A DNA stretch of 64,000 nt from Tubulanus polymorphus (lineage: Eukaryota > Animalia > Nemertea), in assembly GCF_964204645.1 (NCBI RefSeq), contig NC_134031.1:15921807-15985806 (forward strand), written 5' to 3'. Positions within the stretch are counted from its first letter, which is position 1; every line of letters starts with the position of its first letter. Shown here one piece after another: positions 15,001 to 25,400 of the stretch. The translations under genes were made by a program, and so were the position numbers. The notes under the pieces were generated by a model. That model saw nothing but the letters and a program-made list of their open reading frames with translations. It ran no database searches and was not told the DNA's origin.

Positions 15001-18000
15001 GGCATCAGATAATTTGTAAAAAGGGGAATGACAACTAGAGCTGAAATCGATCGATTTTCAATGGCGCTAATTGAGTGAGATTTTTAACTCGCTGATGGTC
15101 GGAGCTCTATTTGGCATATAGGCGAATAAACAATTGAGAAATTCCAAAATAAAAATACTCCCTCTCGCTCTTCAATTATTAACATTCACATTTCATTTTA
15201 TTGTGTTACCTACATTTGCACGTTTCTATTGATATTCCAGGGCAGGGACTACAACTTTTAAACAATTACTATTCACTTAGTAAGGTGTAAGCTCAACCAC
15301 ATCGACGACTTATGATATGATATATGATATGACTTAGACTACTAAAAAGGAACAAATATGTTTGTGGTTGGTCTGGACGGGAAGGAACATTTCCCATCTG
15401 CGTTGCATCATCGGAAACTGGGAATTGTCTAGATTAAAATGGTATTAATATCTGATACAATGAATAGGTTCCATATGTTCAACTCAGGCTAGGAGACGCA
15501 TTTACATGAACAATACGTAGCAGCATTGCGAAATAATTAATAATCCAAATAATAGAAAAGACCGACGATAAATGATACTACAATCATCTGTTAGGTAGAA
15601 TATGTCCATATACTGGTGGCAACACCATGGTTTGACAGGGGCGGATCTAGCCTACCGCTTGAGCCGTACTCACAAATGTAGAAGTGCCCTTCTATTTTTC
15701 AAGTTCTGGTAGAAGTAATTTAAAATGGCCAATTTGAATAATCGAAAATGGGTGAACTTCTTATTTTTATGAACAATTTTTCTTGACATCTCAAAATGTC
15801 ATATTTTATGAATGCAGAGAAGGACACGCTGCCCCTTGACTCAGATTCATCTCAGAGCCCTAAAAATTCAAAATTTCCTATGACATAGGTGCCCTTCCAC
15901 AGAACTGAGCAATACTCATAATCCTAAGCTAGAACCAGCCCTGTTTGAATGTCAATAAGGGTTGTTTCATTTCCGTAAGACGGTGTCTTCAAATATACAA
16001 TTTGAGTCTATCTTCGAATTTGCCAAACCTTTCGTTTCATGCGAACTCATTTAAACCTGATGTAGGCGTCACGCGTTTCGATAGGTTCAAAGATCCAAGT
16101 TTGTCTATAAATCAGACGAACTACTTCAAATAATCAGCACAAAAACAACAAAAATTTCCCCACGGAAAAGTCAATTTATGGGACAAATATCTAGACTCTT
16201 TGCCGCGATCGGATTGTATGCGTCAACATGTCAAATATGTCATTAAATCAGCTGTTAGAACAATCTGATCACTTGTACACAGTTCATAATACAAGGTGCA
16301 AAATTCTTATAGAATTCCCCCCCCCCCATGAAATTTCACGGAATTTCGTGAACAAGATTCCATGGAACGAGATTAATCAGAAGGTCAACAAAAATATGAG
16401 TGATAGATAAATAATAGCCAAGAAAGAACAGGGCCCAGTTTCACAAAAAAGTTTAACTCTTAAATCGATTTAATTCCTTCGTTGATTCAGTTTATCTTAA
16501 ATCGATTGAAGCCTTAAACCTTTTTGTGAAACTGGGCCCAGAGCGAAACCGGCTTTAACCTGGTTTCATTAATGACCTCATTATAGGCTCTAACGACCTA
16601 TTAGCTATTTTAGCTTATTAATTTTTAGAATCTGAGATTCCCTAATATTAGCCTATATGATAGATTGAGTCAAGACCTAAGTCGAATAAAAACAGGGCTT
16701 AAATTATCTGGACTTATTCAATTGCTTACTGGAATATTGATCAACTCCAGGACTGAATTTCATTTGATTCCTACGCCTAATTCATCGTATACCAACTGAT
16801 TGGGGAAACAGTGATCTAGTCCTTGTAATATAGCAACCGTGCCAATAAATCTATAGCCAGGTACTGTAGCACCGCAGTGTCTACCTACTAAACCATGGAC
16901 GCACGTGTGTGATAAAAATGATAGCAGTCAATTATTTCCACATTCTGACGTCAAAAACGGATCAGATTCTCCAAACCTCACAGATATAATGCACGGCACG
17001 ACATTTTCTACATATCACTTTTTCTACGAAAAATCTGTTGAGTCATTCATGCAATGCGGTAAAGATTTTCAGAAATTCAGCACAACGTTACAGGTAACAC
17101 AGGATGGATAATGTGTCCATCACAAACTCTATTCAACCTCAATTTACAGGCCCGTGCCGAGCTTTTTTGAGGGGAAGTTCTATTTCAAGCAAAAGGGCAC
17201 TTTTTCACCGTAAAAGGTGGCACTTTCTTCTTGAAAAAGGGCAGCTATCTTAAACAAGTGCCCGCGTACCTGGATAAATCATTTGTGAATGGATTACTTC
17301 ATCCAAATTTTCGAAAAAAACTTGACCCAAATCTTTTTACACTGAAGAGCACTCAAAATTTTAGGGAGCTCCTTCGCTAACCTCGAACCAGGGGGGCGGT
17401 TCCATATTTCAAATTTAAGTTTAAAAGTGGTCTAATATTCTAGGACTGATCATAAGTTATTAGATTGGCTAGACATGGTTATAGACTGGTCTTAAGCCTA
17501 GGCCATGACTATGAAACAGGCCTCGGAGACTTAAGCCCAAAAAAGGTCTGAGATAAAAGACTGGTGGTAAGTTGTTAGATTGGCTATAGAACAAACATAG
17601 TCTTAGCCGTGACTATGGAACTGGCCCTAAGTACATTGATAAATATTTTGCCGGTATTAGCAATGCGACCAAAATATTTGCTAAATAACGTACGAGATAG
17701 CAACCATTGCTGTCACCACTGCATTACATGACGAAACATTTGAGGCGTGGCTTTCTCTTCATGGAACATATATCAATTTTCAAATATAATTACAATTCAT
17801 ACTGTGTGATCATTTGGTAATGGTATCAAACTCTCCAGGTAACCGGTGTTTTATTAGGTGATTCAATAGGAGTTCTGTCACAAGATACGCACATACCCAA
17901 GTGTAGTACAATAACCACACTCAAATGGAAAATCAGGCCATCATAAAAACTAACAGATACCATCATGCTGAAGTCAACATTTTAGCGGTGACTGGTTGGT

Positions 18001-19488
18001 AATGGTGATTTTCAAGGGAAATCGCTCAAGAAAGTTGCCCTTGGCAATAAATGAATTTCCCCAATATTTCCCTGATTTGAGGAAAATTTTTCAAAATCCC
18101 AACCATTTCCAAACTGGGAATTATCATTTCAAAATTCCCAAGTTTTTCCCAATTTCCCTGTTCTGTGGGAACCATTCCACTATCTACAAACCTGACAATG
18201 ATCTCTAGGGTGAGATCGAAATGTTGTGTCTTATTTTTTGAATAAATAAATCCTCGATTTTAAATTTCTTTTAATTTGTACATAGTGGGTTTTTATCTTA
18301 TTACCCAAGTGCAGTCTAGTACCTGGCTGTTGTCCTCCAGTTGTCAGGGAACCCATAAAAACGAGTATTCAGACTAAAGCAAGCGTAAAGGCGAAAAAAC
18401 CGGCTATCAATTTTGTGGAAATTCAAATAGAACATTAACAACATGTTGAATTTTCCATCTATTTTTTTTAACGGCGATTGTTCCCACTGGTATAATCAAA
18501 TATTGATGAACTGATATTCCTACGTATCATGCGCAATTAGAAAAAAAATGGTTGATTCAAAACATAACAAGCAAACAATTCGCTTTCGAAATTGTGGCAT
18601 ATAGGATTATCGCAGCAGTATTAAACACTAGCGTCTCAGAATACGCGAAAACAATGGTAGTATATTAAAATGCAATGTTAAAGACTGAACTTTGTATCCT
18701 GCACGCGATATTTCCATAATTAATTCACAGATCGAAATGTCGGGGAAAATATACAATTAAATTCATTGTTCTGAATCGGAAATAATACCGTTTAGTACTC
18801 TGGATGGTGCCCTGAAATTATATGAACCATGAAATTATAAAATCATTTAAATGCGGAATTGTTGACTACGTCCCCATTGCTATATCATTGACATACTTTT
18901 AGAATATTATAAATACGTAGCCAGATTTTATCTTAAAAAAATCAATTCGAGGGCTACCAAAGGGCCTTTTCAATCATCCGTGCATAAGAAAACCTGCGTG
19001 GTCATTTTGTTCAGTAATGATGGCAAGCTTTTTTTGTTGAAGAATTTCCAAAGAAAAAAAAAACATTTCTGGCTAAATTAGTTTTTCATGGATATTTAGA
19101 GATATAGAAAATAATGCGCTTCATAAAGATATGTTAATATAGACCTGTGAAAATAATAAATGTAAACAATTCTTTGCCCTGATTTGATGTCATTGAACTG
19201 AAACAACATAAAGCCATATTTCACAATCACTTTTAGCCTATAACCTTCTAAAACTCACGAGAAAATTTATGAAGAAAATGAAAGATTTAATATCATGAAT
19301 CAAGGTAATTCAAATTCATATTCCTTAATTATTTCATTTAATTTCATAAAAAATTTCCCTAATTTCGCAATTAAATTAAAAAGCGAATCTATCTATAATC
19401 AGTAGACAGCTAGTATACTTACGGGGCTTCTCTTTTTCAACGTGAAATTCTTCCATAGTAAAATCCTCAGCTGTAGAAAGAAACCCAT
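1..19488 (-). CDS. ABCA2: ABC transporter subfamily A member 2-like (multi-exon, 3' part lies outside the window)
   Basis: Spliced exons read [22 protein letters not shown] (19488-19423), [21 protein letters not shown] (~14862-14769) and [16 protein letters not shown] (~14314-14204). TMD1 includes [11 protein letters not shown]1 has Walker [13 protein letters not shown] (~5170-5220), signature [10 protein letters not shown], Walker [11 protein letters not shown] and H-loop [10 protein letters not shown]. The second half has QFYGVLIKR...[28 protein letters not shown] and [11 protein letters not shown] at the window edge. GT-AG boundaries. Closest to ABCA2 by my recall of the N-terminus and the LQGTDV region. 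Confidence 0.92.
1149..1308. mobile_element. Third hammerhead-like foldback family (degenerate)
   Basis: Inverted arms AATAGTACTTTGAAGG...CCTTCAAAGTACTATT. Each arm starts CTGATGAAGCT; the minus arm reads CTGATGA A GCTAC-loop-GTAGC AAAAGCTT (G12 lost). Confidence 0.55.
1312..1620. mobile_element. MITE with CATGGTTCCCA TIR
   Basis: CATGGTTCCCA...TGGGAGCCATG. The body (GGGAAATCGCT...AAAGTTGCCCTTGGCAA...AATGAATTTCCC) recurs at ~17936-18174 and ~58770-59095. Confidence 0.75.
6772..7131. mobile_element. Composite non-autonomous element carrying an internal Tc1/mariner-type MITE (6871-6995)
   Basis: AAGGAGTTTT-rich body with internal TACTGTAGACTCC...GTAGTCTACTGTA. The same composite is at ~23420-23804 and ~31870-32420. 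Confidence 0.7.
7811..8100 (+). mobile_element. tRNA-derived CORE-like SINE
   Basis: A-box TGGGCGACTGG and B-box GTTTCGAACCC, then CORE-like GTGTCCTCGGGTAAGACACTT...CCACCCAGGAGTAAATGGG and an L2-like GCGCTATGTAAAT tail. Homologous to 31181-31490. Confidence 0.8.
8548..8748. mobile_element. Family E hammerhead/Penelope-like remnant, inverted arrangement
   Basis: CATCGTCAGGTGTC followed by CACTTGACGATGATCTCAAGGGTGAGATCGAAATGTTGTGTC; same tails as 31915-32194. Confidence 0.75.
8834..8949. repeat. ~60-bp tandem duplication next to an ABCA2 splice donor
   Basis: TTTTTCTAAACCCTTATATGAATAAATA...ATCATATTCATACGTGTTA twice. Confidence 0.85.
9996..10122. mobile_element. PIF/Harbinger-type MITE family A
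   Basis: TIR GGGCCGGTTGCTCAAAAGTTGGTT / AACCAACTTTTGAGCAACTGGCCC with a CTG duplication. Other copies at ~11928-12165 (interrupted), ~21527-21653, ~33613-33744 and ~35528-35655. Confidence 0.85.
11372..11576 (+). mobile_element. 5'-truncated RTE-clade LINE
   Basis: Translates as [23 protein letters not shown] (typical RTE C-terminus), with a (TAAG)n-like tail and a 15-bp target duplication AGTACAACTAGAGGA at 11357-11371 and 11577-11591. Confidence 0.85.
11662..11800 (+). mobile_element. Family E hammerhead/Penelope-like remnant
   Basis: ACACCTGACGATGACCTCTAGGGAGAGCTCGAAGTATTGTGTC ... ATAGTGGGTTTTTAT tail. Confidence 0.7.
12905..13010. repeat. Three-copy ~42-bp tandem repeat
   Basis: TTTGTTTATCGCACCGGGACTTC core repeated three times. 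Confidence 0.8.
13030..13254. mobile_element. PIF/Harbinger-type MITE family D
   Basis: GACCCAGTTTCACAGTTCTGAGTT...AACTCACAACTGCGGAACCGGGCC. Shorter copies at ~11978-12080 (nested in family A), ~26084-26162 and ~46473-46580. Confidence 0.72.
14379..14666. mobile_element. piggyBac-type MITE (older)
   Basis: CCCTTTCAGTGC...GCACTGAAAGGG with degenerate TTAA flanks (TCAA / TTTA). Confidence 0.7.
15636..15943. mobile_element. MITE with CAGGGGCGGATC-type TIR
   Basis: CAGGGGCGGATCTAG...CTAGAACCAGCCCTG. Related ends at ~557-790, ~4025-4040 and 9368-9615. Confidence 0.6.
16432..16538. mobile_element. PIF/Harbinger-type MITE family B
   Basis: TIR GGCCCAGTTTCACAAAAA / TTTTTGTGAAACTGGGCC with a CAG duplication. 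Confidence 0.8.
18188..18302 (+). mobile_element. Family E hammerhead/Penelope-like remnant
   Basis: CCTGACAATGATCTCTAGGGTGAGATCGAAATGTTGTGTC ... CATAGTGGGTTTTTATCTTATT. Further tail fragments at ~23045-23100 and ~50707-50800. Confidence 0.7.
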
Positions 19489-19765
19489 ATTTACAGTTCG
19501 ATACGGGCAGCGAGAGAAAATTCCTTTGTTTAGATCTAACTATACACGACGGGCACGTAGCTAATCTATATACCACGCATGCACTTCACATACACTGCGT
19601 AGTATACGAACGGTAATAATCACACAGGCATTTACTAGTTTCAACGGATAACTAATCGCCAATACTTTCCGTTTTGTGAAACTGTACGGTCTTTTCTATT
19701 CGTATATCGCGATTTCAATTAGATTTGAGCCGTAATGAGGCCGTAAATCGTGTCAATACGACGAG

Positions 19766-19868
19766 TATCGATAATTCAACCGCCAGCTTCAATTGCTCGC
19801 CATGATGTTTTCGTTTTATCAGCTGTGAACCGAGTCACGTGACGCTGCAATAGGCGGCGTTGATTGGC
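19766..19868. promoter_or_regulatory. ABCA2 proximal promoter motifs: DRE-like TATCGATA, CLEAR/E-box GTCACGTGAC, CCAAT box
   Basis: TATCGATA 19766-19773, palindromic GTCACGTGAC 19834-19843 and GATTGG (CCAATC on minus) ~19862-19867, all 280-380 bp upstream of the MGFFLQ start codon. Confidence 0.55.
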
Positions 19869-19999
19869 CGAGCGGCTTCGCACGCTTATTGACAAACAAA
19901 TACATGTCACAGGCGCATGTGAAGTGTCAAAAAAAATTCCCATGTCGAAATGCACGTGTCTTATCAAAATACATTGAGTTTATAGGATAGGATACTTAC

Positions 20000-20053
20000 G
20001 TGCGATAGAAATTTCGACGTTCCCTTCGAATTTCGATTTGCGTATTCAGACAT
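20000..20053 (-). CDS. Putative alternative first coding exon of ABCA2 (MSEYANRNSKGTSKFLSH)
   Basis: ATG, 18 open codons, then a perfect GTAAGT donor in phase 0. Joins in frame at the TTTCTTTCTACAG acceptor (exon resumes at 19470) to give ...[12 protein letters not shown]. Confidence 0.5.
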
Positions 20054-21971
20054 AGCTAAAAGTTATAAATGAGGAAAACATCTATGTTCAAAATTTCCCA
20101 AACCACTGCGAGCAGAAAAAAAACCAGAAAAAAAACCGTCAACGAACTGGAGTTAAATTGATATTCATTCTAGTAACGATCGTATTCATTTAATAGACTA
20201 CTTTGATGATATTCGCTTACCTAGGTGGTTATATTCGTTTTCATATAGTTATTTTCGACTTAAAAGGACTTGACGATCCAAACTTTAAACGAAGTTATTA
20301 CTTATGACAGACAGCCAAGCGATTTCGTTATATCCATAATTTTTCCCGTTATCCAAACGAACACTTAATTCCGATGTGAAAATCTACAGTACTTCGAAGT
20401 ATTGCATTATTTATAGATAAATTTGGCAATCGTCGAGAGACATGAAATAAAGAACAACAAAGACATTTCCGGGGACCAGGATTTTATGATTACAAAATTA
20501 GGCACAAAGACTTCCATGCGACTAACCGAGCAATCTATACCAGGCACTTTCCAAATAGCGCGCAAAATGACAAAGGAAACGAAAAGCTAGTGCGATCGCG
20601 ATATTTCCTCCACTGTATACATTTCTAGCACACCCAAACAGAAACTGGTTTTTTTCGGATTAGTTTAAAAATCAGAACAAAAGATACCCCTCTTCTTGCA
20701 TTGGGAATACATATATACCCGCTGTTATCAAACAATTTTCAGCATGGGATATTGATTGGATTTTTCATTTGACTTGGTAGAAAGCGACGTTGCTTTTTTA
20801 ATGGAATATTCTAACAACCAGACAACCAAAACTCTAAACGCGATATCTATTTTTCACCGAGCATTTATTATCATAAAAATACAAAAAGGTCTTATAAATG
20901 ATACGAGAAGAATTTTTCAGTTCGGTTAAATGCTCTCGATAAAATACAAGTGTTATTATACATATACAATCATTAGGCTAAAACAAATTCATACCTCGTT
21001 TCTCCGCTCTGCTGAGCTTAAAACTCAACCCGGCCGGCGGCCTATCTACCCTATATATTTTTTTCAAAATCGTGATCAATTTTACCATAACAGACGTGGC
21101 AGCCATAGAAAGGAACTGATAACAAATTGTATCATATTTTACAAAATGACCCGGCCGCTGCCGAGAAACGAAGTATCAGTTTTTTTTTAGCCTAAAGCTG
21201 TCCTTTTAAAAGTTGTTCGGCAATTCGATTAAAAACGTTTAAACGCAGTGTATAAAATGTCTACGGTCTAATCTCCCCCCTTAACGCGGATTTTGATTTG
21301 TTTAGCTCTAGGTGTTTAAATGCGATTCTAAATACATATTTCTCATAAACAAAAATAAATTGGTCCCGAATGATTCGTATAAGTGAATATCGTATATATG
21401 AATATTCAATAATGTAATAGTCATAGAGAATGTATCACAATCATATACCGCTGTGAACAGTATTCTAGAATAAATGCAAAAAGAACTTCCAAACTGTGCA
21501 GTACAAAGCCCAATCTAAACTACCAGGGGACAGTTGCTAAAAAGTTGGTTAGAGTTAACCAGTGGATAGTTGACATAGTGAAAATTAAAAGTTCATTGTT
21601 ACTATGGTATTCATCCGCTGGTTATCTTTAATCAACTTTTGAGCAACCGGCTCCAGTGCATCGAGTACCATTCTATACACTTTCATTCAGCTTCAAGCAA
21701 AATACCAAGTTCTTCTTTCACAAATGGCAACATTCAATCCATCATTCAAAAACTCAACGCCTTTTTCACGCATTAAAAACATAAGTTACAAAAAGCGAGT
21801 AACACGTATTCTAATAACCAAACGAATATGTAATCATTACGTAATAATCTACCGTAATAAATATACGATCGTTGTATTCGAACGCGCTCTCTACACTCTC
21901 AGTAAAGAGCCCTTGACACGATAACAAGTCTTACATCATGGTTCATTTCTCGATGCGTCAAAAGCTCAATA

Positions 21972-22438
21972 GGGACCATCCATTTAGTGCGTACGCAAAA
22001 ATCCGCCAATTTTTTACCCCACTTGTACGCGGCTATACTTTTCACTTTAACCCCAGTACGTACGCAAGAATGATAAGTTCGTATAAAATTTGACGTTTTT
22101 ATCATTGAGAATAACACGTTTTAGTTCTGTTTTCAGCGGATAGGTGGCGACGATGGTACCGCGTATTAAATTAATTCTGAAATAGTCGATGTCGCAGTCA
22201 TACAAAATTATAAAGAACGCGATAGAGAACTTAAAATCCTTAAATCTCACTTCATTTTGAACTCGAATGCAGAATGAACGGTCAATAGAGTGCAAAATTG
22301 ATTATTAGGTGTGTACCGTACGCGGAGCCACTTACTCCCTCCCCTGTACGCACTTACTCCCTCCCATGTACGCATTTGTATGCTTGCATAAATTTTATCA
22401 GACTCCCTATCGTGCGTGCGTACTAAACGGATGGTCCC
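21972..22438. mobile_element. MITE with ~26-bp TIR immediately downstream of the ASPM stop
   Basis: GGGACCATCCATTTAGTGCGTACGCA ... TGCGTGCGTACTAAACGGATGGTCCC, with subterminal GTACGC repeats. Confidence 0.8.
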
Positions 22439-22493
22439 ACATATCACTAATAATCACTTTATCAAATTGAATATAGAAACGATATCGAAGTAT

Positions 22494-25400
22494 CTATTTT
22501 TTCGATTTCGGTTTTAAATGCAAAGCAGCAGCGACGACTTGTATCGCCATCACCGGATCTTCCATCTCTTTGATACTGTTTCGTTTGATCACCCATTCCG
22601 GATGAAACACCGGCTTCTTGTGCAGTTTCGTCGCCAATAAGTCGACGTTCGAATTCTTCTGTTTCTGGTATTTCTCGCGCAGTTGATTCTTGCGTTCGGT
22701 GATGTTTTGAATGCTGACGATTTTGTCCATGTTCGCTTTATCCGCGGCCATATGCTAGAATAAAAATACACACGAAAATATCAAAAAGGAGATTTAATCG
22801 CATAAAATTCTAATATTGAACTTTTTTCAAGGCGGCCTGAGCGGCAGATGCTTTATCTGACTTGCTTTTGCCCTGACTAATCCCTTCACTGACATGAACG
22901 TTGTTTTCCCAGAATTGATCTGCTAAGAATCCAATCAGACACGAGACTTAGACGGAAAATGTTTAACTTTACACGCGATTCGCAATCTGAAATAATTTCC
23001 CTGACTTTTCCCATATCTTATACATTTTAGATTGTTCGAATTAATACATTTCTTGTTTTTAAATTCTTTTAATTTGTACATAGTGGGTTTTTATCTTATT
23101 TCCCAGATTCTTTAGCTTTTTGACAAAATTCTAACTTTCCCTGATTTCCAGGTAAGCGGCCACCCTGTTTTTTGTTCTTATCTATCTACAGTTGACACGG
23201 TTTAAAGTGCTTCTATATAACGAAGAGAACATACCTTTGCACGATCTTCATCTTGCGCCAGAATCGCTATCAGCGTACACGTCTTCGTGAACACGATACC
23301 TTTACCGAGATAATGCTGCAGTAACTCGACGAGAATGCTCAACGAATTGCTCGATTCGTAGACGTAACGCTGAGTCCGTTTACACTGAAAATATATCAAC
23401 AACAGATTAATCAAGATTTACATTCCTCGATATAAGGAGCTTTGAAGGAGCAAATTTCTAGGAAGTGTCCGCATCACTTTCATATCCCAGGCCAATTACA
23501 GTAGACTCCTCCTAAATTGGTAGTTCATCTTCGTAAACCGTTGACACAGTGGTTTTCTAAGCAATCATTATCCTTGACACTAATAAACTTGGCTTTTAAT
23601 TCGGTAACTGCCTAATTGGGTAAACACAATTCCTGGTTTCTGATAGTATTTAAAATAAAAACATTTCTTATAGCCCACTTCTCAAGATTGAAGCAAGCTT
23701 TAAACGAGTTTTGTAAGAGCGTTTGGCTCAAATTAAAGGAATTTCAAGCACCTTTAAAAGCATTTCAGGAGTTTTTAAAAGGAATCAGAGTCGTAGGCAC
23801 CCTGTAAATGATTACAGCCCTGAACAAACGTCCAAAATTATCAGTTAAGTTTGACTCTTTTAAGAGTTTTAAGATCCTGCTAATTTTGCTGTGAACATCA
23901 TTTTTCACGCGTACATACCTTGGCTAGATTAATAAGAATGCTGATGATATATTTGATGATTTCCATGTGTGGTACGCTACGATTGCAGTTGTGTATGAGC
24001 GTGAATAACACGTGTACAGCGTTTCCACCGACCATTCGTTCACAACACGTCCACGAATAACGACTAGCTATTTCTGTGAATAATAGAGAAACACTGATTA
24101 GAGGCAGCAGAAACACTGATTAATTAGAGGTAGGAGAAACACTGATTAATTAGAGGTAGGAGAAACACTGATTAATTAGAGGTAGAAGAAACACTGATTA
24201 ATTAGAGGGAGCAGAAACACTGATTAATTAGAGGTAGAAGAAACACTGATTAATTAGAGGGAGCAGAAACACTGATTAATTAGAGGTAGAAGAAACACTG
24301 ATTAATTAGAGGGAGCAGAAACACTGATTAATTAGAGGTAGAAGAAACACTGATTAATTAGAAGTAGAAGAAACACTGATTAATAAGAGGTAGAAGAAAC
24401 ACTGATTAATTAGAGGTAGAAGAAACACTGATTAATTAGAGATAGAAGAAACAATGATTAATTAGAGGTAGAAGAAACAATGATTAATAAGAGATAGAAG
24501 AAACACTGATTAATAATAGGTAGAAGAAACTAATTAATAAGAGATAGAAGAAACACAAATTAATAAGAGATAGAAGAAACACTGATTAATAATAGGTAGA
24601 AGAAACTAATTAATAAGAGATAGAAGAAACACTAATTAATAAGAGATAGAAGAAACACTGATTAATAATAGGTAGAAGAAACTAATTAATAAGAGATAGA
24701 AGAAACACTAATTAATAAGAGGTAGAAGAAACACTGATTAATTAGAGGGAGCAGAAACACTGATTAATTAGAGGTAGAAGAAACACTGATTAATTAGAGG
24801 GAGCAGAAACACTGATTAATTAGAGGTAGAAGAAACACTGATTAATTAGAAGTAGAAGAAACACTGATTAATTAGAGGTAGAAGAAACACTGATTAATTA
24901 GAGGGAGCAGAAACACTGATTAATTAGAGGTAGAAGAAACACTGATTAATTAGAAGTAGAAGAAACACTGATTAATAAGAGGTAGAAGAAACACTGATTA
25001 ATTAGAGGGAGCAGAAACACTGATTAATTAGAGGTAGAAGAAACACTGATTAATTAGAGGGAGCAGAAACACTGATTAATTAGAGGTAGAAGAAACACTG
25101 ATTAATTAGAAGTAGAAGAAACACTGATTAATTAGAGGTAGCAGAAACACTGATTAATTAGAAGTAGAAGAAACACTGATTAATTAGAGGTAGAAGAAAC
25201 ACTGATTAATTAGAAGTAGAAGAAACACTGATTAATTAGAGGTAGCAGAAACACAGATTAATTAGAGGGAGCAGAAACACTGATTAATAAGAGGTAGAAG
25301 AAACACTGATTAATAAGAGATAGAAGAAACACTAATTAATAAGAGATAGAAGAAACACTGATTAATAATAGGTAGAAGAAACTAATTAATAAGAGATAGA

